IMG/VR virus record: IMGVR_UViG_3300032330_001040 | Span: 50,248 to 114,247 of that record | Direction: 5' to 3' (one strand) | DNA length: 64,000 nucleotides | Source of the DNA: a virus | Taxonomy: Duplodnaviria > Caudoviricetes | Shown here: one piece after another, positions 47,649-57,665 of the stretch | Numbering within the stretch: position 1 is the stretch's first letter | Layout of the letters: every line of letters begins with the position of its first letter | Notes under the pieces: model-generated | Databases searched by the model: none | What the model was told of the DNA's origin: nothing | Seen by the model: the letters and a program-made list of their open reading frames with translations, nothing else | Translations under genes and position numbers: made by a program

Positions 47649-49712
47649 ATGAAATCTTTTTTAGAGATTATTGAAGAAGCAAAACAAGGTGAAAAACACG
47701 CAGTGATGACCTTTGGTCGGATGAATCCTCCAACCACAGGTCACTTAAAGGTCATTGATAAAGTAAAAGAAATTGCACATAAGGTTGGTGGTTCACATCA
47801 TGTTATCGTATCTCATTCACAAGATTCTAAAAAAAATCCATTGAGTGGTGAACAAAAGGTCAAACACCTCAAAAGATATTCACCTGGTACTAATGTCGAA
47901 GCATCTTCAAAAGAACATCCTTCCATTTTTCATCAAGCTTCCAAATTATACAAAAAAGGTGTAACCCATCTTCATGTTGTGGTTGGTTCCGACCGTGTAA
48001 AAGAATTTCGAGATTCATTACACAAATATAATGGTATATCAGGTAAACATGGACATTATAAGTTCCACAAGATAACTGTTCATTCAGCAGGACAGAGGGA
48101 TCCTGATGCTGAAGGTACAGAAGGTATGTCTGGCACTAAAATGAGAGAACACGCAAAGAACAAGAATTTCCATGAATTCCGTAAGGGTGTTCCTGCTCAT
48201 GTATCAGATACTCATGCAAAAGAATTAATGCACGATACTCGTAAAGGTATGGGATTACATGAATCAGCTGACCACGGTAGATTTAAAGCAATCTTTGTAA
48301 CTGGTGGACCTGGTTCTGGTAAAGATGTTATCATTCGTGAAGGCATACCATCATCTAAGATTGTCGAATTAAATCTTATTCAAGCCAGAGATTATTTGGC
48401 GGATAAACAAAAATTATCAGAGAAAACTACCGATTATCGTAGAGAAGCAATTCGTAACCGTGGTCCATTGATTATTAATGGACCTGCAGATGATAACGAA
48501 AAAATTACTTATATTAAAGAAGAACTAGAAGAACTTGGTTACGAAACCATGATGATATTTGTTAATACTACCGATGAAGCTTCTAAGGAAAGAAATTCAT
48601 TATTATCTAGGATGATGGCTGAATCTGTCCGTCATGATAAATGGTTGAAATCACAACTAGTTACTAAACAATACCAAGAAATGTACAGTAACTTTATTAA
48701 TTTTGATAATACTGGTGATTTAAATGATAAAGAATTTGATATTCATGAGGTTTATGAATTATCGAGAGATTTTTTATCTAAAACGGTTATCAATGAATCT
48801 GCTGATGAGTGGTTGATTAAAAACAATAAGTTAGACATTAATTATACAATAAATAGGTTATTTGAGGACAAACAAAATGATAAAACGACTAATAGATTTC
48901 TTAAAGTTAAAACCACGCCAAGCCTCACAGCAAGCATGGCCGTTCCCGCAGACAATCGCCCAACCGACCCTAACGGAGATAACATTAAGTGGGACGGAAA
49001 CAAAAAACGTGGAGGTTACACCTTCAGAACCTACGAAAGCACCGGAAATAGTAGTGTCTCCAGTAGTAACCCAAAAGTTGAAATCAGCGCCAGCTCCAAA
49101 GAAAAGAACTTCAACCAAGACAAAGAAACCAAAAAAATAAAGAAGTTTGGTGATAGGTCAGGTAGAGAAGCAAAACTTGGTAATCCTAGTGGTTTAGGTT
49201 CAGAATGGAATACAAGAACAAATGGTTCAGGTTTAACTGGTGGTGCTGGATTAGGTAATCAAACATATAGTGAATCACAAGATTATAGTAATGCCAATCC
49301 AGCAAGTACAGCATTCCCATCTGGTGGTTCGGTAAATCCTTTAAGTAGTGATTATGAACCAAAGAAAAAAGGATTTAAGAAGTTTAGAAAAGAAGCAATT
49401 GATAGTCCAGGTGAAGTAGCAATGGGTGTTGGTGGTACATTAGGTGGTGCTACAAATAAAGAACCTATGGAAACATATGCTGATAGAAAAAACAATGTAA
49501 TTATTAGAGATAAAAAAAAAATAAAAGAAAGTCACGTTGAAGAATTAGAAAAAGGTTTAGTTAAATTAAATAATCATAGTTACGATTCAATAGATAAATT
49601 AATGCAAACCATTTCAAAAAAACATGGAATTACTGGTAAAAAATTACATGATGAATTTAAACAGAAACATGGTAAAATACCTGATACTTGGATTAAAGAG
49701 AAAAAATGCTAA
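47649..49712 (+). CDS. HIGH-family nucleotidyltransferase ('cytidyltransferase') fused to a P-loop kinase-like domain and tail modules
   Basis: 'TFGRMNPPTTGH', 'VVGSDR', 'MSGTKMR'; then 'VTGGPGSGKD'. Confidence 0.75.
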   Translation: MKSFLEIIEEAKQGEKHAVMTFGRMNPPTTGHLKVIDKVKEIAHKVGGSHHVIVSHSQDSKKNPLSGEQKVKHLKRYSPGTNVEASSKEHPSIFHQASKLYKKGVTHLHVVVGSDRVKEFRDSLHKYNGISGKHGHYKFHKITVHSAGQRDPDAEGTEGMSGTKMREHAKNKNFHEFRKGVPAHVSDTHAKELMHDTRKGMGLHESADHGRFKAIFVTGGPGSGKDVIIREGIPSSKIVELNLIQARDYLADKQKLSEKTTDYRREAIRNRGPLIINGPADDNEKITYIKEELEELGYETMMIFVNTTDEASKERNSLLSRMMAESVRHDKWLKSQLVTKQYQEMYSNFINFDNTGDLNDKEFDIHEVYELSRDFLSKTVINESADEWLIKNNKLDINYTINRLFEDKQNDKTTNRFLKVKTTPSLTASMAVPADNRPTDPNGDNIKWDGNKKRGGYTFRTYESTGNSSVSSSNPKVEISASSKEKNFNQDKETKKIKKFGDRSGREAKLGNPSGLGSEWNTRTNGSGLTGGAGLGNQTYSESQDYSNANPASTAFPSGGSVNPLSSDYEPKKKGFKKFRKEAIDSPGEVAMGVGGTLGGATNKEPMETYADRKNNVIIRDKKKIKESHVEELEKGLVKLNNHSYDSIDKLMQTISKKHGITGKKLHDEFKQKHGKIPDTWIKEKKC

Positions 49713-50011
49713 CATTTAAACAATTTTTAGAAGAATCTGCAGCATGGCAAAGGTCAGCTGGAAAAGATCCAGAAGGTGGATTAAATCGTAAAGGTATTGC
49801 TTCATATAGAGCAGAACATCCGGGTTCTAAATTAAGTATGGCAGTTACAACAAAACCATCTAAGTTAAAACCAGGAAGTAAAGCTGCCAATAGAAGAAAG
49901 AGTTTTTGTGCTAGGATGTCTGGTATGAAAAAAAGATTAACCTCAGCTAAAACAGCCAGAGACCCAAATTCAAGAATTAATAAATCGCTACGCAAGTGGA
50001 ATTGCAATTAA
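49706..50011 (+). CDS. Small basic protein with capsid-targeting-like N-terminus
   Basis: 'MLTFKQFLEE-SAAWQR', 'RRKSFCARM', 'SLRKWNC'. Confidence 0.7.
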   Translation: MLTFKQFLEESAAWQRSAGKDPEGGLNRKGIASYRAEHPGSKLSMAVTTKPSKLKPGSKAANRRKSFCARMSGMKKRLTSAKTARDPNSRINKSLRKWNCN

Positions 50012-50030
50012 ACATAACGGAGAATAAAAA

Positions 50031-51941
50031 ATGTTTGCAAAAAATAAAGTAACTCAATCAATGCTTGATGCTGTTAATCAAGTTTTAACTGAAAAATTGG
50101 ATGAAGCTTCTTATGGCGATTTACATAAAAAATGGAGTAAAACTCATAATATAGAATATCATTCACATACTATTTGGCCAAAACATACCGTAACCAAATT
50201 TGACAACGAAAAAGATGCTGAAGCACATGCTAAGAAAACGAATGGTACTGTTCGTATGTACGTTGGTGATAAATTAACTAAAGAAGCCATGGAAATGGAT
50301 GAAGCTTCCTTGAAGATTCCTACTGCAACTGGTACTAAAGTTCTCGGTGGTCGTTACGGTAACTCCGCAAAAGCTCACACAGACCAACATAAGAATCCTT
50401 TTGAAAAAGGACCAAGCAAGTCTCAATTAAAAGGCATCAAAGCGCCAACTAAGAAAGAATTGAAATCTATTGGTGAAGAAGAAGTGCAAGAAGAACTAAA
50501 AGGTAATCAATCTAAAATTGATGCTAACCATAATGGTAAAATTGACGGACAAGACTTTGCTATTCTCCGTGGCAAGAAAAAAGTTAAAACTGAAGGAATG
50601 GAATTTGCAAACAAATTAATTTCTACTATTGCTGAACGTGACGAAGGTAAACCAGGTTTAATGTTCAAGAAAATTGCTTCTAAAGCTGCAAAAAAATATG
50701 GTTCACAAGAAGCAGGTAATCGTGTTGCTGGTTTCATTCGTAAGAAAGTATTGGCTAAAGAAGATATTAGTGAAGAACAATTAGATGAAATGATTAATGA
50801 AGTTCTTTCTAAAGACGCTTCTGCTGGTGATTACATTCACGACTTTGTTCATTCAAAAAATCCTAAGTTTGCTGGCAAATCTACAGCAGAACGTAAAAAA
50901 ATGGCTCTTGGTGCTTATTATGGTGCACAAAAAGAAGAAGTTGAATTGAACGAAGATGAAAGTCTTGATTCTATTGCCAAAAAACATGGTATGGAATATA
51001 AGAAAACTACTTATGGTGCAGGAATGAAACACAAAACCAAAGGTGAAATTTCTATTAATCGTTATGGAGAATGGCATCATTATCCTGCTGGTTCAAAATC
51101 ATCTAAAGCTCATGGAAGTAGTGATAATAACTTTGCTAGTTTGGATAAACATCTTTCTTCAATGAAAGAAGAAGTTGATGATTATGAAATGAACAAAAAT
51201 AAATCTGAACCAGAAGAAACTGCTGCTAGAAAATCAATCAAAGCTAAAGATACAGAAAAGAATCAGAAAATTGATAATCTTGATGTAAAATATGGTACAC
51301 CAAATTCATTTAAATGTGAAGAAGTTGAATTAGATGAAGCTGCACCAAAAAAGATGGATGATGTAATGCGTGGTAAACAAAATTTAGAGCCTGTAAAAAA
51401 AGGTGTTGTTGGAACAGTAAAGAGTGATTTAAAAAACTTTAAAAACTTTTTAACTGGCAAAAAAGAAACTAATGAAGCAATTAACCCAAGTAATCAAACT
51501 ATTGATACATTAGCTGGTCGTAGCAAAAAAGTTTCAAAAGCCGCTAAGATGGATAATGACAATACATCAGCTAAAGTAGAATTAAAAGCTGAAGAGGTTG
51601 AATCTTTAGAAGAAGATAGATATTTGGAAAAGTTTCTTTCATCAAGAGGTATTAATCCTAAATTTGTAGACAGAAATACAAAAGTTGCTCATGCAAAATC
51701 AAATGAATATAAATCTTGGTTAAAAAATCATAAAGATATTATAAGAAATGAATCTAATGATGTTCCATTTGATAAGCCTTACAAAACAGTTAAAGAACCT
51801 ACTGTTAAAGATAAATCTGGTGCTGTACATACTCCAATGTCCCGTGCAAGAGATTTGGCAAAACAAGCTCTTAAAAAAGTAAAAAATGAAACTATGATGG
51901 GCAAAGCAGGCGCTACGTCTGAGAGCAAAAATAAATGGTAA
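50031..51941 (+). CDS. Modular putative internal head polyprotein
   Basis: Basic modules separated by 'EEVELxE'-type linkers; EF-hand-like 'DANHNGKIDGQD'. Confidence 0.55.
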   Translation: MFAKNKVTQSMLDAVNQVLTEKLDEASYGDLHKKWSKTHNIEYHSHTIWPKHTVTKFDNEKDAEAHAKKTNGTVRMYVGDKLTKEAMEMDEASLKIPTATGTKVLGGRYGNSAKAHTDQHKNPFEKGPSKSQLKGIKAPTKKELKSIGEEEVQEELKGNQSKIDANHNGKIDGQDFAILRGKKKVKTEGMEFANKLISTIAERDEGKPGLMFKKIASKAAKKYGSQEAGNRVAGFIRKKVLAKEDISEEQLDEMINEVLSKDASAGDYIHDFVHSKNPKFAGKSTAERKKMALGAYYGAQKEEVELNEDESLDSIAKKHGMEYKKTTYGAGMKHKTKGEISINRYGEWHHYPAGSKSSKAHGSSDNNFASLDKHLSSMKEEVDDYEMNKNKSEPEETAARKSIKAKDTEKNQKIDNLDVKYGTPNSFKCEEVELDEAAPKKMDDVMRGKQNLEPVKKGVVGTVKSDLKNFKNFLTGKKETNEAINPSNQTIDTLAGRSKKVSKAAKMDNDNTSAKVELKAEEVESLEEDRYLEKFLSSRGINPKFVDRNTKVAHAKSNEYKSWLKNHKDIIRNESNDVPFDKPYKTVKEPTVKDKSGAVHTPMSRARDLAKQALKKVKNETMMGKAGATSESKNKW

Positions 51942-54013
51942 AAAAATTCAAAGATATCGTCAGAAAAAATCCTGAGCCTGCCAAAGGCAAGTTTGGGATT
52001 GATCCTACCGACCCATGGTCAGTAAAATACGGTATCGCTGAAGATGATTTGAATGAAGATTTACGTAAATGGTTTAAACAAAAATGGGTTCGCATGGACA
52101 CCAAAGGTAACATCAAAGGTGATTGTGCTAGAGAACCTGGTGAAGGTAAACCAAAATGTTTACCACAAGCCAAAGCGCAAGCGATAGGTAAAGAAGCTCG
52201 AGCCTCTGCCGCACAACGTAAACGTAGGGAGGATCCGGATCCAGAAAGACACGGAAAACCAATCAATGTTAGAACAGAAGAAATTGATATAGATGAATCT
52301 GCCGCAGCCACTATAGCTGCAGCAACGGCTATATCAAAGAAAAAATCTGGTAATTATGATTCTAAAGGATTTAGAAAAACTCCTTATAAAAATCCAAACC
52401 ATCCGTTAAGAAAAAGTAATGCTGAAAGAGAAAAAGAAATGAATGAAGATGAAACAAACGAAGCCTGTTGGGATAGATATAAACAAGTTGGTATGAAGAA
52501 AAAAGGTAATCGAATGGTACCGGATTGTGTTCCCGAAGAAGTTGAACAAATAGAAGAAAAAAATGTACCAACTAGTCCTGAAAAATGGGCTCGTGCTAAA
52601 GCAGCTGCAAAATCTAAATTTGCTGTGTATCCTTCAGCTTACGCCAACGGTTGGGCATCCAAAAAATATAAAGCAATGGGTGGCGGTTGGAAATCTGTTA
52701 GTGAAGCTACTGACAAAAAAGACCGTGTGATTCTTGATATTCCATTACTAATTCGTGTTTTAGAATTAGCAAGAGAAGATATCAAAACCGATATGGACTT
52801 ACACCGTGTGGTTGAAAAGCTAATACAAATTCGTAACAAAGGTGTATTAACTATGAAAGACTACAATACGATTGCTCATATCAGAGAAAACCATATTGCT
52901 ATTGCTATGGGTAAAATGCTTGATGATGAAGGTAGTATGGTATTGGGTCAATTAGAACAACTTGAACGAGCTATTACAATGATTCGTACTTATGTTGGTA
53001 AAGATTATGAGAAACAATTGCCTGCTTGGGTTCAATCAAAAATTACATTGGCGACAGATTATGCAGATACTGTTGGTAACTATCTTATTAGCAAAGATGA
53101 AAAAGTAACAAAAGAATCATTGGATGAAGCACAATCTAAGAGAATGTCTGGTGCCGATAAATTCCGTAAATATTTAGCCAATAGAGATAAAAAACATGCC
53201 GAGTTTATGAAAAGTATTGAAAATAAACCTCATGGTGAACAAATGCAGGCGATGATGGATAAAATTAGAGCGAATTTGAATAAAGAAGAAGTTGAACTGG
53301 ATGAAGCAAAACGATATCCGTATAAATTTCGTGCAACTTACCATGATCCTGATACCAATGAAGTAACTCATTATATGGATTTCACTCATAGAAATTTAGA
53401 TGCTGCAAAGAAACACGCTCAAGGAAGTAGATTGCAACGTAGAGATGGCAAACAAGATAAATTACATTCTGTTGTACAAATGAAAGAAGAAGTTGAAGAA
53501 TTAGATGAGTTAAATTATGACACAGTAAAATCTCTTTATCAAAAACGTAGAGCTGACTTCCATGGCGCTCAAGTTGGCAAAAAGAAAAAAGGTAAAGAAG
53601 TTTCAGCAAAGAATGTATCAACTTCAATTTCTCGTTTGATGGGTCATAAGCCAACACAAAATCAACCTGTAAAAGAAGAAAATTGTGGTTGTTCAATGTG
53701 TAGAAAAACTGAAATGTCCAAATCTGCTCGTATGATTAAATCTTTGTATAAGAAACACAATATGAAAGAGGACATGACAGATTTTGAGAAAGAAGATAAA
53801 TCTGTTCAAACTTATGGTAAAAAACTTAAGATTCAAACAACACCTAAGAAAGACAGTTTTGGTGAAGATAAACCAAAAGCCGCAATCATTATGTCAGGTG
53901 GTAAAACAATGACTGGTCAGAATAGAGATACAGTCGAAATTGATCCAATGTTGAAAAAACGTCCAGGTCCTGATGATTTTGATAGGAACTATGGTAAGAA
54001 GCAACCACAATAA
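51935..54013 (+). CDS. Modular putative internal head polyprotein
   Basis: Series of small modules separated by 'EE(V/I)ExxE' linkers. Confidence 0.55.
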   Translation: MVKKFKDIVRKNPEPAKGKFGIDPTDPWSVKYGIAEDDLNEDLRKWFKQKWVRMDTKGNIKGDCAREPGEGKPKCLPQAKAQAIGKEARASAAQRKRREDPDPERHGKPINVRTEEIDIDESAAATIAAATAISKKKSGNYDSKGFRKTPYKNPNHPLRKSNAEREKEMNEDETNEACWDRYKQVGMKKKGNRMVPDCVPEEVEQIEEKNVPTSPEKWARAKAAAKSKFAVYPSAYANGWASKKYKAMGGGWKSVSEATDKKDRVILDIPLLIRVLELAREDIKTDMDLHRVVEKLIQIRNKGVLTMKDYNTIAHIRENHIAIAMGKMLDDEGSMVLGQLEQLERAITMIRTYVGKDYEKQLPAWVQSKITLATDYADTVGNYLISKDEKVTKESLDEAQSKRMSGADKFRKYLANRDKKHAEFMKSIENKPHGEQMQAMMDKIRANLNKEEVELDEAKRYPYKFRATYHDPDTNEVTHYMDFTHRNLDAAKKHAQGSRLQRRDGKQDKLHSVVQMKEEVEELDELNYDTVKSLYQKRRADFHGAQVGKKKKGKEVSAKNVSTSISRLMGHKPTQNQPVKEENCGCSMCRKTEMSKSARMIKSLYKKHNMKEDMTDFEKEDKSVQTYGKKLKIQTTPKKDSFGEDKPKAAIIMSGGKTMTGQNRDTVEIDPMLKKRPGPDDFDRNYGKKQPQ

Positions 54014-54061
54014 TTTTAAAGATAAATAATACTATAAACCGAGGCTACTAAGGAGAAAAAA

Positions 54062-54697
54062 ATGCCATCATGGGGAAATAACGATGCTGCCAACAGCAAA
54101 CCTCTACTTCCAGAACAAAGACAAGTAAGGAAAGTAACAGTTTTAACAACCGCCAACTCAACTACCGCAGGTAACACTATTGTAGTAACAGCAGCTGCTA
54201 ACACCATCAACACTTTAGGTATTGTTGGTTCTTTTGTATATTCAGTTGATGTTAATACTGCGGCTACTGGTTCTGTATCTAAACTTTATGATGCTGGTAT
54301 TGTTGACCAAAATGATATCGCTTTCCTAAAGTCAAACAATACAGTAGTATCTGTTGATACAGCAAATAGTATTGTTAGATTAGCCAATAACGTAATGGTT
54401 ACTCTCAATTCTGGTTCTACACTTTATTTTGCTAACGCTATCAGCTTTAATTCAAACGTAGCAGCTAACACATTTGCTGATACTATTTTAATTACTGCTA
54501 GTCGTACCGCTAACGCAAATACTACACAAGCAAATACTGGTAGTTTAAATACTGGTTGGAATCGCATTATCAAGAAAACTAATTCTGATGGTACAGTTCG
54601 TTTCTTAAAAGAGACTTTAGTTGCTCTTGCCAACAGTTCTGCTGCTAACACATCTTCAGGTAATACAAGTTTCGGACAAGTCGTTTCTGGCGTTTAA
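54062..54697 (+). CDS. Putative virion structural protein (N/T/A-rich)
   Basis: GATAAATA late motif at 54021; 'MPSWG', 'GW...RFLKETLVAL'. Confidence 0.55.
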   Translation: MPSWGNNDAANSKPLLPEQRQVRKVTVLTTANSTTAGNTIVVTAAANTINTLGIVGSFVYSVDVNTAATGSVSKLYDAGIVDQNDIAFLKSNNTVVSVDTANSIVRLANNVMVTLNSGSTLYFANAISFNSNVAANTFADTILITASRTANANTTQANTGSLNTGWNRIIKKTNSDGTVRFLKETLVALANSSAANTSSGNTSFGQVVSGV

Positions 54698-54745
54698 TAA
54701 TTAAATCTGGTGGGAAACCACCAGGTTCAACATGATTGATTATAA

Positions 54746-55132
54746 ATGTTTGATGATTTGAATGATGATAATTTTACAATCTATGCGATGAAATGTTATT
54801 CATCTCCTAATTGCATTATGTCGGAATTTGAAAGTGATATTAAAAGAACCAAGTATTTAAAAAGATTGTTTCGTAGATACAAAGTTACAAAATTATTAAA
54901 AGAACGATTAATACTCAATCATCTAATCCTATTAAATAATGTTTTTGGACCAGAACCTACAGCCAGAATATTGTTTTACAGAATTGATGAAAGAGACTAC
55001 GATATATTAAAAACATTTTTAGTATATTTGAATATTATGCCTGACATAATAACAGGTATTAGAGGTAAAACAATTCACTCAAAAGATATATTGGTAGAAC
55101 CGGATATTTTAGAAATATTACTAAGAATATGA
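54746..55132 (+). CDS. Conserved T4-like hypothetical protein
   Basis: 'KYLKRLFRRY', 'ERLILNHLILLNNVFG'. Confidence 0.75.
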   Translation: MFDDLNDDNFTIYAMKCYSSPNCIMSEFESDIKRTKYLKRLFRRYKVTKLLKERLILNHLILLNNVFGPEPTARILFYRIDERDYDILKTFLVYLNIMPDIITGIRGKTIHSKDILVEPDILEILLRI

Positions 55133-55482
55133 AAACATTTAAACAATTTAGAGAAGAAGTAGAGAGTTTAGATACTTCAAATCATTCAATGCATTTTAGT
55201 CGTAACGCTGCATTGAATCATGCAAAAAAACTTCATGTTGCTGGGTTTAAAGGTATTGAATATCACATTAAATCATCACCTTCTGTTGGTGATTTACATA
55301 TCATTACACATAAAGGTAAAGGCCAAATAAAAGAAGATGGAATGGCTGTTGCAGGTCCTACTAATGTTGTAGGTAAAATTGCAGGTACAGGTGGTTTAGG
55401 TGGAGAACCTGGTGTTAAATTACCTAGAAAAAAACCAAATCCTATAATTATTCCAATGGGGCGCCGTAAGCCTCCACAATAA
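55129..55482 (+). CDS. Small protein with capsid-targeting-like N-terminus
   Basis: 'MKTFKQFREE'. Confidence 0.65.
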   Translation: MKTFKQFREEVESLDTSNHSMHFSRNAALNHAKKLHVAGFKGIEYHIKSSPSVGDLHIITHKGKGQIKEDGMAVAGPTNVVGKIAGTGGLGGEPGVKLPRKKPNPIIIPMGRRKPPQ

Positions 55483-55483
55483 A

Positions 55484-56047
55484 ATGTTATCTTTCTATTG
55501 GTTATTAGGTTTTGTTCCAAAGTGGTTACCATGGGCAATCATCGGATTCGGTGTTTCTCTTTTTTTATTGGAATTTTTTACTAGATATTTTATACCTATT
55601 ATCTATAGAATTCCAATTAAAGTTATAGCAACTATTCTTGTGTGTGGTGGTTTCTATATTGCTGGTGGATATAATGCACTCAATGAAGCTGAAGAAGAAA
55701 TAAAAAAATTAAAAAGTAAACAAGAAGAAATATCAACAAAGATTGTAGAAGTTTATATTACAAAAATTGAAAAGGTGAAAGAAACTACAAATGAAACACT
55801 CAAACAAGTCAATACTAAAGATGATTCTATGTGTGATGTTCCTGAGTCTTTTGTCAGGTTGCATGACGCCTCAGCAAAGGGTATCGTTCCCGAAACCTCC
55901 ACCGGAATTGATGGTGTCTCCTCCGGAATTGCTCTCTCTGAAGCCGAAAAAGTAATCATACAAAACTATGGTGAATATCACAAAGTTTCTGAACAGTTAA
56001 AAGCTTTACAAGATTGGGTACAACAACAAAGAGAATTGAATCCATGA
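55484..56047 (+). CDS. Rz-like spanin candidate
   Basis: N-terminal TMs, coiled coil, 'CDVPESFVRLHD'; in the lysis cassette. Confidence 0.55.
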   Translation: MLSFYWLLGFVPKWLPWAIIGFGVSLFLLEFFTRYFIPIIYRIPIKVIATILVCGGFYIAGGYNALNEAEEEIKKLKSKQEEISTKIVEVYITKIEKVKETTNETLKQVNTKDDSMCDVPESFVRLHDASAKGIVPETSTGIDGVSSGIALSEAEKVIIQNYGEYHKVSEQLKALQDWVQQQRELNP

Positions 56048-56424
56048 AAAAGTTATTAATACTTTTATTCACATTACAATTAACAGGATGTGCTGTATGG
56101 GACATTTATACTTTATCACATTTTGATAGTAATGAATATGCTTTAATTACTAAAGTTAGAACTATTGCTCAAACAGAAAAAAGTTGTAATTCTCAAACAG
56201 TTAAATCATTATATCTTACCACATCAGAATTAAAGAATTTTAGTCAATATTTAAGTGGTAATAATAAAGGTAATATTAAATTGAATGAAGATTTATTTAA
56301 AATAGTATCAGAATTATATGAAAAACCACAACCAATATCAGATGTATACTGCAAGGCAAAACTAAATATAATAGAGCATTCCGCAGAGAGAATACAACAA
56401 GTTACTGGAAATAAACCAAAATGA
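56044..56424 (+). CDS. Lipoprotein (possible o-spanin or lysis accessory)
   Basis: Lipobox 'LTGC' after 'MKKLLILLF'. Confidence 0.55.
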   Translation: MKKLLILLFTLQLTGCAVWDIYTLSHFDSNEYALITKVRTIAQTEKSCNSQTVKSLYLTTSELKNFSQYLSGNNKGNIKLNEDLFKIVSELYEKPQPISDVYCKAKLNIIEHSAERIQQVTGNKPK

Positions 56425-56627
56425 GTCAATTACAAGATGTTGCATTTTATGCACAACAATATAAACAACAATATGAAACTGGTCAATTATCAGGTAATGA
56501 GTATAAAGAATTAATTAATGACTTGAACATTATGGGTCATATTAATGCTGCAGCTGACGATTTAACACAAAATCAAGAAGCTTATCAAATTTTAATGAGT
56601 GCAATTTCAATAGCTCAAATGATATGA
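56421..56627 (+). CDS. Small hypothetical protein
   Basis: Coupled ORF in the lysis cassette. Confidence 0.6.
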   Translation: MSQLQDVAFYAQQYKQQYETGQLSGNEYKELINDLNIMGHINAAADDLTQNQEAYQILMSAISIAQMI

Positions 56628-56640
56628 AAGGTGTAATAAA

Positions 56641-57252
56641 ATGGAAATTACAAAAGAACAATTAGCACAATTAATTCCTGGTAATCCTTATATTGACCAT
56701 TGGTATGATGCTTTATCAAAATTGTTGCCAGATTATGAAATTAATACTCCAAACCGCATCGCTGCTTTTATTGCTCAATGTGCACATGAGTCTGCTAATT
56801 TTACAGCTCTACATGAGAATTTAAATTACACGGCAGCTTCATTAACAAGAGTTTGGCCTTCAAGATTTCCTGCTAATATTGCTGAACAATATGCACATAA
56901 ACCAGAAGCCATTGCTAATCGTGCTTATTCTAGTCGTATGGGTAATGGTGATGAATCTTCTGGTGACGGATGGAGATATTGTGGTCGTGGTTTAATTCAA
57001 CTTACCGGTAAAGATAATTATACAGCATTTGCCGATTCAATTGGTATTACACCAGAAGAAGTTTCTGATTATGTACAAACATTTGAAGGTGCCGCACAAT
57101 CAGCTTGCTGGTTTTGGGAATCAAATAATTTAAATCAATATGCCGATTCTGGTGATATCGAAACAATGACTAAGCGTATCAATGGCGGTACTCTTGGTTT
57201 GGCAGACCGTAAAAAACATTATGAACACGCTAAACACGTTTTAGGAGCATAA
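56641..57252 (+). CDS. Glycoside hydrolase family 19 endolysin
   Basis: 'AAFIAQCAHES', 'ENLNY', 'GDGWRYCGRGLIQLTGKDNY', 'TKRINGG..GLADR'. Confidence 0.92.
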   Translation: MEITKEQLAQLIPGNPYIDHWYDALSKLLPDYEINTPNRIAAFIAQCAHESANFTALHENLNYTAASLTRVWPSRFPANIAEQYAHKPEAIANRAYSSRMGNGDESSGDGWRYCGRGLIQLTGKDNYTAFADSIGITPEEVSDYVQTFEGAAQSACWFWESNNLNQYADSGDIETMTKRINGGTLGLADRKKHYEHAKHVLGA

Positions 57253-57253
57253 T

Positions 57254-57655
57254 ATGACAGAAGAAGTTAAAAAAGACGAAGATTGGATGCAAAAGAAATG
57301 GCGTCCAGCCATGGGTTGGATGTATATGATTGTTTGTATGATGGATATGGTTATATTTCCTGTTCTTTGGAGTATTCTACAAGCATTTAATCATGGTCAA
57401 GTTACAAACCAATGGCAACCTTTAACATTGCAAGGTGCTGGTTTATTTCATTTAGCTATGGGTGCCGTATTAGGTATTGCCGCTTTTGGTCGTACACAAG
57501 AGAAAATGGCAGGCGCAGCAGCTAACATAACTCCACCTACGCCACCAATTGCAACACCAGTAGTATCAACACCAGCACCTAGTTTCGGTTCACCTGCACC
57601 CGTATCATCACCAAAACCATTGGGTCCTGTTCCAACAAATTTCCCTGCACTTTAA
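57254..57655 (+). CDS. Putative holin (3TM-holin-like)
   Basis: 'WRPAMGW', TM helices, 'LG...GRTQEK'; adjacent to the endolysin. Confidence 0.65.
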   Translation: MTEEVKKDEDWMQKKWRPAMGWMYMIVCMMDMVIFPVLWSILQAFNHGQVTNQWQPLTLQGAGLFHLAMGAVLGIAAFGRTQEKMAGAAANITPPTPPIATPVVSTPAPSFGSPAPVSSPKPLGPVPTNFPAL

Positions 57656-57665
57656 AGGACAAATC

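Noticed and set aside
48862-49140. Overlapping 92-aa alternative-frame ORF inside the 687-aa gene
   Set aside because: It lies in a low-constraint linker with no recognisable motif; it cannot be supported, although it is not excluded
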